In this document: in pieces, positions 11,101-23,300 of the stretch | How positions within the stretch are numbered: the first letter of the stretch is position 1 | How the letters are laid out: every line of letters begins with the position of its first letter | NCBI GenBank assembly: GCA_965603825.1 | Contig: CBFDEM010000014.1 | Location: forward strand, 310,001 to 374,000 | DNA length: 64,000 nt | Direction: 5' to 3' | Source of the DNA: Blepharisma stoltei ATCC 30299 | Lineage: Eukaryota > Protista > Ciliophora | Notes under the pieces: model-generated | Seen by the model: only the letters and a program-made list of their open reading frames with translations | Told to the model about the DNA's origin: nothing | Database searches by the model: none | Program-made: the position numbers and the translations under genes

Positions 11101-13333
11101 GCTAATGATAACATTAACTTCATTTTCAGAAGAGTTCCCTAATATGTATGTATCTAGAGGGGCCATGCCAACTATGAGTGTCTATGATTGAATTGCGAAA
11201 AAAGACCAAGAAAGCATTTTAAGAATTTCATCAAACGACCCCAAATTAAGAAGAGGCATGACTGGGACATTCTTTATAGCAATTTATGGAGAAACTGCCT
11301 CATCTTTTTCAATTATCATTCATAGTGGAAATCAAAATCTGACATGACTGCATAGTGGAACGCCACAATATGGAAGTCTAAATAAAGGATCAAAAACTTA
11401 TTATTTATTTAACAGTGAAGTAAAAAGCGATATTTCTATAAGTTTAGCTCCATATTATGGCAATCCAGCAATTCTTGTATACACTTATTCTGGGGCTGAT
11501 GATGTTGGCACTGTAATAGATAAACTCAAAAATTATATTTGGTCCTCAAATTCAAGCCCAGATAAATATAGCATACAAATTTCAAAAAATGATCCAAATT
11601 TCTGTATTAATTGCGTCTTTATTATAGAAGCAAGTACAAGTCAAAATTCTTCGTCATCATTCACCATAACTGTTACAAATAGTCAAGATACGATAATTCT
11701 ACCAAATGGTATTCCATATAAAAATTCTTGTCAAAAAGATGAAATCCAGGTTTATACTTTCCTTGTTTCATCTTCATCAGATATTGATTTCTCTATAACT
11801 TCATATATGGGTGATACAGACATTTATATTGGTACTGTGAAAAATACAAGCGATAAAAATTTCAACTGGACTGCACTTTCTCATGACAAAATTGATCATC
11901 TAAGAATTCGCTCAGATGACAAAAAGTTCAAGATTGGAACTTTTTATATTTATGTAAAAGGTGTAGAAGACGGAATCTACACAATTACTGCTCATTTAAG
12001 AAATAGTTATGCAAGGCTGATGGATGGCAGACCTATGGTTTATAGGCTTCAGTATAGTCCATTTGATCATATATACTTTGATTTCGAATCAGGTATTTCT
12101 CGTAATTTCTCAGGCCCAGTTCATTGCCAATTAACTTCTCTTTCAAAAGATTTTTTCCCTCAAGCTTATGTAGACTTTCAGCGTTATGATAAACCTAGGC
12201 CTCCTCCTTCAGAAGAAAAATCAAACTTCAAATTCCAAAAAAATAACTATGATTTTGCTTTTAATTCTTTATCAATGATTTTCCGTGAAACTGGCATCCC
12301 TGGGAAGCTAAATTTTATGATATCTGGCTCTGCATCAGAAAGATATAGCCAAGAAGAAAGTGGGGACTTTGAATTTTATTGTTCAGAAAGCATTATTCCG
12401 ACCATGCTGGCAGTAGGCTCAGAAAATTATGATTCTATTGACTTAGGAATTTTAAGCAAAAGGTATGAAGTTAATCTAAATGAATTGGGAAGACTTGAAG
12501 TGTTTTTAGTTCCTTGTGCTGAGGACTTGAAATTAGAAATTTCATCAAACTGGACGATTGCAAGCGATGAGGATCCAGAGGTAATCGTTGAGCGAAAAAT
12601 GGATGGAAAAATAATTGGGATGATAAACAACGCAAAGGGGAGATATTTCATAACAGTTTCTGCTTTGAGTAAAAACGTAGATAGCACACAAAACTACCAG
12701 CTCTCAACTGTATTTACAAAGCAAGGCCAAAGCGCTCCAAAGTATATTGTGCCAGGAAATAATGGCTTAATCAAGTGGGAAAGGCCTGATAAATATCTTG
12801 TAGTAGTATCCTTTGACAGCATAGAATATCAAGATGGAAGCCCAATCGAAAATCCTAACAATATTGAGTATCACGTTTATTACTCCAAAATCTCTCCAAA
12901 TTTAATTGAAACCACTTGTGACATGCAAACTTCACACAAATTTTCAAAAGCTCAGCATAGTGGATATGTCACAGGGAAAAATGAAATAAGGTTTCTTGTA
13001 AAAGAAAAGCGCGGCTTTATCAATATTTTAGCTATAAATCCTTCACAAGAGCGCATATATTCAAAATATGTCTCTTATGACCCAACTGAAATTTATATTG
13101 AGTCAGGACTAGAAGGGGAAGGAGTTGCAATTTATATTTTCTGGGCTGTATGTGTTCTACTCTGAGCTTCACTTATGGGCTCTCTTTATTTTTATCGGAA
13201 AATGAAGAGGGCAAACAGGAGATTAGAGTATGAGATGGCAGATGTCAGGAATATCGCATCTGTATCATCTGGGAAAATTCATGAGAGTGTTCTCTCAGAA
13301 AAAATCCCATTTTATAGAGCAGAAAATAATTAA
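8168..13333 (+). CDS. Large (about 1720 aa) type I membrane protein with tandem PPC-like beta-sandwich repeats
   Basis: Signal peptide MVLLWILTFLALLNA; about 11-13 repeats of roughly 110-125 aa with a G(D/N)PD(L/I)Y-type motif; C-terminal TM helix; tail LEYEMADVRNIA. All sub-ORFs share one frame with only TGA between them; TAA at 13331-13333. Confidence 0.85.
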
Positions 13334-13648
13334 TTTAAAAATATGTTCTATGACAGTGTGAATCAGCTTATAAGGTGCTTATTAATATAATTAATTAATT
13401 ATTTAGGGCATTATTATTTTTATGTTTAGAAATTACTATAGAGAATAGCTAATATAATAAGACTCCGGCTGAGCGATTACTAAATAAGGATCATATGCCC
13501 TAGCTGCAAATTTAAAATCCTAAAATTATATTTAAAATTAAGTATTTGCTCAATAAAGACTTAATAATAGAAATAATACGATTCATGACATAATAGAAAA
13601 ATTAAAAAATCAAAAAAATAATTATTGTTATTAATTTAAAATTAAAAA

Positions 13649-14470
13649 TTAGCCAATCTTATTAATTATTATATAAACGAGAATCATCATTCCTATCTTC
13701 TTCCCTATTTTCATCAGCGGGCTTTCTTGCTGGTTTTGTTCCAGATTTCTTGGCAATACAATTGCAGCTAAATATTCTTTGATTTCTTCCATGCTTTCTC
13801 CATTTATTTTTTCAGATATTTGTTTAAGTTCTTTGTTGCTTTCTTTAAGTGCTTTCCATTTTTCTTCATCTTCCTTGTCTTTAGCCTGATCATTTACTTG
13901 GGAATTCAAAATAGCAAACAAAGCATATGCTGCATAAAGAGTTTGTAGTAACTTTACTTGCTCCAATAATGTTAGTGGTAGTATTTCTAGCGGAAATCTC
14001 ACAGTTTTTCGAAGTTTTAAATCAAATTCAAAAGCCCCAATAATAGCTAAAGGAATGACTAAGCGTGTCCATACGTTTCCTGATTTTGTATTGAAAGAGA
14101 GTATGTTGATAGTAATAATTCATGAAAGGTAGAACATTATTGATGATTCAAGATGAATGTGACTTGCTACTTCGGTATCTGTACCGTAAAGTTCATAGTC
14201 TAAGCGTAAAAGAGGATCACTAATTATTTTCCACATTTCTCTGGTCTCTTCTGTTGCTTTTCTGCTGAGATCTTTGGCTTGGTAATAAGAGATATCTCTT
14301 TTTACTTTTAGAAGATCATAATATGTAGGTGCTCGCTGAAAAAAATAGAGGCTAAGTAGCAAAATCGCAAAGAGAATTGTAAACAAAAAGACTATTTTCC
14401 TTTTAGTTCCAATTGTAAACTTTAATGAAGGAAATAGGCATGAGACTCCAATTACAGCTATGCTTTCCAT
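13649..14470 (-). CDS. Multi-pass membrane protein with a degenerate J-domain (no HPD); alternative start at 14515
   Basis: TYYDLLKV...WKIISDPLLRLDYELYG resembles J-domain helices I and IV; ORFs join via TGA at 14120. Confidence 0.65.
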
Positions 14471-14738
14471 ATTTATAAAGAGTATAGACAAATCTCATAA
14501 TCTATAAAGCTTCATTATTCAAATGCACTCATTTGATGCTTAAAAATTAATCTTAATTTACTATATCTTAATTTATCGAATTTGAGCCCAAATTTTTTTT
14601 ATGGCAATTATTGTCAAATTTGCAAAGCCAAGCAAATCTATGCTTGATGATCATTAAAAGTTCAATCTTGTTCATAAAAGCCAAAATTAACTCTAAGTCT
14701 TAATGAATGTTTCATAATATCAGGGTTCCATATTCGAT

Positions 14739-17411
14739 ATGAGCTCAGCTGTCATAGAAAGGAAGATTAGGCAGGTTTACGACCTCCTTGACAACAAACA
14801 ATTTAAAAAAGCTTTGAAGCTCGTCAATTCACACATCCAAAAAACTCCTCATCCCATGCTTCAAGCAGTAAAAGCCTTAGTTCTTCAAAGATCAGGTGAA
14901 GATGAGGAAAGTCTTCAAATATTGGAAGAATTAGCTGCAGAAAAGCCTAATGATTTATCATTACTCGACATCATGTGCTTGACTTATAAATGTCTTGGCA
15001 GGAGTGACAGGAGTGCTTACTTGTATAGCGAAATGTTCAATACACAGCCAAGAAAAGAAGTAGGAGCACTTTTATTCAATGCTTATGCATCGGCCTTTAA
15101 CTTTCCTCAGCAGCAAGCCGTAGCTTTGAAGCTTTTCAAGCTTTTTGGGGACGTTTATTATGGACTAATCGCCGTCACAAGTATGTGCATTCAGGCCTAT
15201 TTGGATCCTGCCCAGAAAAAACTATTAGATATCGCTACGTTATTTTTTCAAAAAGTCAGAACGAACCCAGAATTCATTATGGGTCCTCCCATGCTCAAAT
15301 TAGAGCTATTTATGGAAGAATTAAAAGGTGGAGGGAAATCATTACAATTACTTGATGAATTTTCTGCTTTTCTTGACCCCGGAGAAAGGCTGATGAGAAA
15401 GGCTAAGATCCTCGCTGAAAGTGATAAATTCGCAGCCATTGACTGCTATCATGAGCTGCTGAAGCTAAACTTGAATGAAGGGACAGCTTTAATGAACTGG
15501 GAAAGCTATATAAAATATATTAACTTTGTGGTAGAGTTGGCTGGAGAATTATCGGTTGAAGCAGCAGATTTGGAAATTGAAAGGCCTGCAGAACTTTTTA
15601 GCTCAATGAGAGAGCTGAGTAAAGAAATGATAATTAAAACTTGTTATGCAAACTTAAAATACACAAGAAAAGAAATCAATGGAACCTCAAGCATTGTTAG
15701 GAATGTAAAAAGAACGTCAAGGCTTGCTGAGCTTCAAATGATTAAGGTCCTTTTAGAAAAAAGAATCCTTGAAGAAAATAATAAGAAGCAGCTGCTATTT
15801 CCAAGGCTACACAAATATATAAGGAAATTCAACGATATTCCTTCCACTATTGAAGATATTAAGCTATTTTTAGAAATATTGCCTATAGACTGATATGAGG
15901 AGCTGCTCAATTTGATTTTACCTTTAAACCATGAAGCTATAGAAAACGTAAACCAATTACGCTCAATAGCCACATATTGGAAGTTGAAATACAGGCTCAA
16001 TCTATGCACTCAACAAAATCTTCCAGAACTTATTAGAATTTACAAAACATCCTTGAGCATTGAATCAGATCCTAAAAAAGGCGAGCATCGGATTATAGAT
16101 CCACTAGTAATAATTATCTCCAGAATTCTTCAGCAGGCAGACACTTCTTTGGTATCAAGCATCGCTATTTTGGAGTTTGGATTATCTAAAAGTCCATTCA
16201 ACTACTTTTTTAAGCTTGAATTAATAGACCTTTATAAAAAGGTTGGAGCTGCCAAGTCAATTGTTAACACTTACAATACTTTAGATATAAAATCAGTTCA
16301 GCATGAGTCATTAGGCCACTTAGCATTTGAAGAAATGAACGATTGGAAATTTTTTTCAAATGAGTTTAGCGAGGAGTGTGTAAGCATGCTAAATTTCCAT
16401 AGATACTCAATGATCGATATTGCGGAGTCCACCCAGCAGGCATATAGAAATCACACAATCGAACAGATCGTTGATTTTTACAGTTTCAGAAACAGAATAA
16501 CAAATTCTCTCTATTTCCAGCTTATTAAATTAACAAATCTCATTTTGAAAATACAAAGTAGCATCAATGATCCTTGGAATACGCTCAAAAGTGGGGTCGG
16601 AATATTTGACGCATTTCTTGAAAGAGGCAATCTTATAGACAATTCTGATACAAAAGTGCTCAGCGAATACAAAATCTTGCACAGTATCGAAGAAAAAGGA
16701 CAGCTTTTTGGCAGATGATCTAATTTTGACTATGTTGAAATTGAGCAAATGATATTAAAGTTTGCTTATAAGTTTCAAAATAATGAAGGAGCTAGTGCAG
16801 ATGAAGAATTGCTTAAGCTGAAGTCTAAAGTAGAATCTCTAGCTCAAAGCCCCATTCTCAATGAGGGTTATACTTTTCTTTATTTATTGTCTGAAGCTGT
16901 TTCAAACATCAAAGCAGGCTTTGATCCGTTGAAGGAAAGCATCAGCAAGCTGATGGAATTCGTTAATCGATTTAAATCAGAAGGGTTTTTAAATTTTTCT
17001 TCACCAGAAGAGCTTAAAAAAACAGCCTTTATTATTGCTACTGTGGGATTCTTTTCAATTCTTCTTTTAAAATTAGGAAATTTAAGCTTGCCTAACAGTC
17101 CAGCAAAGAAAAAGAAAGGAAAATCAGAACCCCCTGCAAATGATCTAAAACTAATTTTTATGGAATTCGTAAATGAATTTGTGCAAATGATTTCAGATAT
17201 CAAGCGAAATATTAGTGAATTTTTAATTAATGAAGAGGCAGAAAAATCTCAAAATGAGACAGAAATCAAAAATAATTTGATTGATGAAATTGAAGGAATT
17301 TCTGTCTCAAGCACTTTTATGAAGATAAAGGTAGAAAAAGCTGAAATCGTTAGGGCAATTATAAATGAAGCAGAAAAAGTAATCATCACTATTACCAATA
17401 GTTTTAAATAG
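14739..17411 (+). CDS. NAA25: NatB N-acetyltransferase auxiliary subunit (Naa25/Mdm20)
   Basis: ERKIRQVYDLLDNKQFKKALKL, QQQAVALKLFK, LEFGLSKSPFN, LDIKSVQHESLGH; three ORFs in one frame via TGA; TAG stop. Confidence 0.9.
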
Positions 17412-18687
17412 AAAAACTTTAATTTAGGATTTTCATAATTTTTTGAATAATTTATCAGAGCAAATAGTATCGCTCTTGAAAAATGAAAATTAAGTTGACC
17501 TTTATAATAATTAAAAATTAAGCATGAGCTTAGAATCAAGTCAAAGTTTAATCAAAGTTTGATAAAGAATGATGGTAATAATGAACCGAAAGAATGGCAA
17601 AAGCATTGAAAGCTAAGCAAAAGGACAGATTTTGGTAATTTAAGCAAATTAAAAACCTCAAATCGCAATTCTCGTTTATAATTTCTAAATTTCTGTAATT
17701 GTCAAAACTAAGAAGCCTATACAGCTTCAGCAAGTCTGCAACATACATAATTATTAAATATTTGCTCGCACATTTGAAGAATAGTCAAACTTTTTAAGAA
17801 TTTTAATTATTTGGGATAAAAGAAGAAGTAAATCTATTGATTGTTAATCTTTTTACTTTAAAAGCTAGCTCATTTACTCAGAAATTATTTGAAGCTTTTG
17901 ATAGTATTACTATAATAAGAATCATATGCAAGATTAATAATGAAGAAGGAAATTATAATATTTAAATGAAAGCTCATTTAGAAGCACCATACACAAGGAT
18001 TCCTCAATTAGGCTCTCTTTGACTGCTCAGTTCTTCTATCTAAAGAAGGATGCATTGAGCTAAATCTTCAATTTTTCAATAAAAGATTTTTAAGTTTTCT
18101 TAAAATTTTTATTTGCATTGCTTTTGCTTAGCTAGCTTTGAATTTGGATTTGCTATGCAATATGATTTCTGAACTGCTTAAACAGATCAGTTGTTTGCGA
18201 TTATTCTTAGTTTTTCTTTAGAAAAAACTCATCATTTTAACAAAATATATTTTGCAAAATATTAACTTTTCTCATTTTTATATATTTTACTATATTTAGG
18301 ATTTTTTATTGCCTAAGTATTTTTATTTGATTCTTAGTCAACCCGTAGGCCGTCATTACTGGCAATTTCGAGGTTTAATAAAATGGTGAAACTTTGAAGG
18401 TTAAACGAAAGAAGCGCACCTATGATTAGAAAACTGAATAAATAGAGGTCTTAGCATATCGGTTTCTTACCAGAATTAAAGACTTACCTTAAGTTACAAT
18501 TTAGGAAATTTTCCAAAAAATAAAGTTTTTAAATTTTTATGCGGCAGTTTAAAAGAAGCTAATAAGTTGTTTAATTAGGTTATTGCACAAAGATAATAAA
18601 TCAAATTGCTTGAAATTATGTTAAGATCCTAACTGTACAAAATTCCAATTCTTTCATTTCTTAAATTTAAGATTATCTTCAAACTTA

Positions 18688-19452
18688 CTAGGTGTCAGTT
18701 TGCAGATAGATGCTGGTGTCATCATCACTTTTATTTAGATTTCTTTCTTCGCCTGATTCGCTGGACCCAACGGATTTGCTATCCCTTTTAACTCCTGGAT
18801 CTATGGCCATATTTGAAGCAGGACTTTCTCTATGGTCTTCGGAACTTGGGGTTTCTAGCTTGAGGAGGGAGTCCAAATCGTCTTCAGTAGTTCCCATCAT
18901 GTTAGAAGTACTTAACAGCATCTTTTTAAAATTTCTAATCCTTACCTTTGACTCCTTAAGTTGGGTCAAAAGGTCAGAATTTAGTTCTCGAATGTTCTCG
19001 ATCTTTTCTTCTAAAGTTTTGATGTGCTGTTCTGAGTTTTGATTGTCCGTATAGAGTTCATGCATTTTTTGCAGCAATGGTGTAAGCTCTGTTTTGTGCG
19101 GTTCGTTAGCTGAGGATTCAGAATTTTGGGAGAAATTCGATTTTCTCATGATCTCTTTAATTAGGTCCTTTCGACCTTGAATAAATAAAGGATGCTTAAA
19201 TGTATGGGTATTCTCCTCAATCTTATACTTATGGAAGTCATACATATTCAGCTGACGAGTGAAGCTTGAAAAGTTCTTATGTTTGAAGTACAGAGGCAAA
19301 ATCACCCTACTGAATTCTTCCGAATTCTTTATAGTAAATGCTTGCCCGTCCTTATTTCAGGAAACTATCTCTTGAATTTCATCATTTTTTAACATATCAA
19401 AGACCTTCTTTAAGAAGCTTGAAGGTTTTGAAAGCGTTCTCTTTCTTTTCAT
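18688..19452 (-). CDS. HSF-type DNA-binding domain transcription factor
   Basis: FLKKVFDML..IVS-W(TGA)-NKDGQAF..ILPLYFKHKNFSSFTRQLNMYDFHK, followed by a coiled coil; ATG at 19450-19452. Confidence 0.92.
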
Positions 19453-20309
19453 TTAACTTTTATATTTGGACTCATATTATCCAATTAAAGCTCAACACAA
19501 ATTAAATTTTTTTTAAATTTCCTAAATGCTCAGATCACTTTTCTTTGCATTTTGGTGCGCTCTTTATCGCGTTATCGTTTCTAAAAATATATATTTTATT
19601 TAAATAAGGATATATCACTTTAATATTAAATTTAATGATAAATTTTATTATTAAAACCATGCCATTAAAATGTCAGCAAAGACGATATTTAGAAGATTGC
19701 AGTTTTAATTTCAGGTATAATTGTCCTTTGGCTTTAGTATTAGTAAAACAAAAATTGTGGGATGCTTAGCCATTCTTTGCTGTTCATAATTTCTAAGAAA
19801 ATAATTTAAAACATCGAAAAATCTAAAAGGTATAAATCAAAATTTAAATATTTAGACAAACTTAAAGCTTGAAGCAACTCTAAGCAGTTAAACTAGCGTT
19901 GTTTTTGTTAATGAAGGCTATAATTTTATAAAGTTAAAATTGATGTTAAATCATTATTGATTTCTGGACTTGAAGTAAACTTTAAAGCATTCCCAAAGTC
20001 ATTACATAATAAGCTGATTTGAGAGATTCAATGATTTAGAAGTTTTTAATAAAATTTTTCAAAATGAATATGTATTGCTTAATAAATTCTAAATCATCAT
20101 TATTTTGAGCATCCGCTTATGAATCTAAAGCCCTTTATTTTAATGATACTTAGTTATAATTAATCGATTTTGATGTTAAAACTATAATTTAAATTTTAAA
20201 TTAATATTTTCAGTTTATACTTTCATAATTCTTTCTATCAGTACCTTTGATATTATTTATTATTAATCACCATAGATTCTCTTAACTTCACATTCAGAAA
20301 CTGGTATAA

Positions 20310-23300
20310 ATGGTGGAAGTCCTAATTTGCAGGCTAGACCGAAACACAGGACTTTTGCCAACTCCATCTGTCCCAAAGAACGTTTATAGAGTCTCCCAAT
20401 CAACCCGAATTCAATTTCAGCTTGAGTCAGGATCTCCTATTATTACACCTACTACTTCTCTATTGATAGATCTTGATAAATACCAAGATCTTCACCCAAG
20501 ACAAATTTCAGGAACGACCAATTCTTTTGGGCATTGGACTGCTGAAGTCGAATTTTCAAGCCCAGGTAATTTCAACTTTTGTCTTGAGTACACAAATAAT
20601 TTAAACCAATCCATCAAGACTGAAATCAATTGAATTATAGTTGACCCAATCATCACTTTAGGAAGTGAAACGATCCCATTTAATGGCTTATGCTTGCAGA
20701 GCTTGCTGAGCCGATGCTTAGGACCAATTTCTAATTGGTCAGAAATATTGAAGCATCAGCGTAGCCTGGGATTCAATATTTTCCACTTATGTCCTATTCA
20801 AGAGCTAGGAGGATCTCTAAGTCATTATAGTATAAGTGACCCTACACGGCTGAGTCCTGAACTATTCCCTGGGATGGAAGACGAAGAAGAAAAATATGCT
20901 GCTCTTTGTAGTGTATTGGAATCTTTGGATAAGGAAAATGGAATTGGCTGTGTTGTTGATATTGTTTTAAACCATTGTGCAAATGGGAGTCCTTTTATTG
21001 AAGAACACCCAGAAGCTGCTTACAACTTAACCAATTCTCCCTGAATGAGGGTTGCTTATGAGCTTGATAAAGCACTGGTAAAGCTATCCAATGATATCAG
21101 CAGAAAAGCTTTAAGAGGATATATGAATGAAAACAAGGTGGAGACTGAAGAAGACTTGAAAAATATCATGAAGATTCTCAAAGTTGACATCGTTCCAGGA
21201 CTTTTATTATTCCAATATTTTCAAATTGATGTAGAAGATGCCTATCTTAAATTTATTGAAAATGAAAGCGAAGGATTTTTAAATGCAGACGACTACCGAA
21301 GAGAATATTATGAAAATTTGTCAAGCTTTATTGAAAATTATTCATTATTTGGAGAAGGAGAAGGGATTTTCTCCACAAAAGTTGACAACCAATTAGTATG
21401 AAAATACTGCAAAAGCCAGAACTGGAGCAATGAAGTAGCATTGGAAAAAGTCAAGCAAAGCTTGACTGAAGTAAACTCGAACTTATTAAGCCGCTATGAA
21501 AAACACTTGGAAGATATTTATGGAAATATTGAGAGCGAAATTAAGTTTAGGATTCTCCATCAAAAAAATAATGTGATCAAATGGAACAATCCTCTGATAA
21601 GAGAGTACTTTATGCAACTGCATAATGGAGAAGTTGTTCTTTTCAATGGGTGGATTATGGGATATGATAAAATTCTTAAAGATTTCGCTGAAAAAGATGG
21701 ATGGCATTATTTTAGGAGAAATGTCCATATATGGGGAGATTGCGTTAAACTTCGTTATGGAGCTTCCAGGGAAGACTGTCCTATACTATGGGACAGGATG
21801 GAAACGTATGTCACCTCAATGGCAAGAATATTCAAAGGAATTCGACTTGACAATGCCCATGGCACTCCAATAAACGTCTCTGAATATATGCTGAACAAAG
21901 CTAGAGAAGTCAACCCAAATTTGCTTGTAATTGGCGAACTGTTTACAGGGAACGTAAGGATGGATACATACTTTGTAAATAGACTTGGGCTTAATGCATT
22001 AGTCAGAGAAGCTATGAATGCTCATAATCCTAGTCATTTCGGCAATTTGCTATATGAATATGGAGAAGGAGCATTGTCTCCTGTTGGCAAAATTGAAGAA
22101 TCTGAGCTTGAAAATAAAAGCTTGCTTGGAATTTCTCAATCAAAAGTGGGCCCTGTTAAACTAACTTCAAGTCCAGTATCAGTATTTTTATATGATTGTA
22201 CACATGATAATGAGACTCCTGCACAAAAAAGAACCTTACAGGACTCCTTGCCTAATGCAGCTCTTGTCGCGATGACTAATTGTGCATTGGCTTCTACTAG
22301 AGGATATGATGAGTATGTTCCAAAAACCCTTTCTGTAGCTAATGAACATAGAATATACAAGTTGCCTGGAAATGAAGGAATTCAAGAGCCAAAAATCAAG
22401 ATTGGAGAAGGAGATGGGATAAGTATCAGGATAGAAATCAGAGACAACCCAATTTTAGAAAATTGCACTTCAGTTGATATTAAAGGAGGCTGGGATGATT
22501 GGAAGAATCCAATTAGACTCTTGAAAATCGATCTCAATAGGTTTTCTGCAACTTTAATTTTTAGAAAGAGCGACTTAGGGAAATCTTACCAATTTAAATT
22601 TATTATTGATGAGACAAATTGAATCTATGATCCTAAACAAAAATGTATTACTCTAGATGGGATTACAAATAATGAAATCAATGTAGACCAAAGCCAATGC
22701 TATGCAACTTTTTACGAAAATATGTGGCCAGCAAGAGAAATTATTAATAAACTCCATACAAAACTAGCTAAAAAAGGATACTCAGAAATGTTTATTCAAA
22801 AGGAATCTGAAGATGTGCATTTAATCATGAGGCAAAACCCTTCAAACTTAAAATCTTATGTTATTATTGGAAGATCTGCTTATTGGAACAACCCAAACTC
22901 TATTACTTTGGGAGAAGTAAAATTACCTGGAATAATTGATAAAATCTGTTTATTGGCTTTCCAAAATCCCTCTAATAAAGAATATATCCCAGACCCGGTT
23001 CACATAGACGGCTTAAAAGCTGTTCTTGAAGTTGAAAGCAATTATCTTCGTTTTTTCACTATAAATCGAAGAGAAAACGAAAAAATTGACTGTTTAAGTA
23101 TGCATAATGTCCCTCAAGGCTTTATTGCAATAATTAAAACTAAATTGCTGGATAATGATCCTATATCAAGACTCCATGAGATTTATAGAACTTTAAATGA
23201 TTATGAAAACTGCAAGGATATCCTTGAAGACTTATCATTGGAAGATGTAAATCATTTATTATGGCGATGCAACTCAGAAGAGCTCGCAATTTCCCATCAT

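Noticed and set aside
17548-17748. 66-aa ORF in an intergenic region (similarly 2999-3214 and 41894-42094)
   Set aside because: AT-rich, composition typical of non-coding spacer, no homology cues.
18478-18500. ACTTACCT resembling the U1 snRNA 5' end
   Set aside because: No U1 stem-loops or Sm site follow; downstream sequence is AT-rich spacer.
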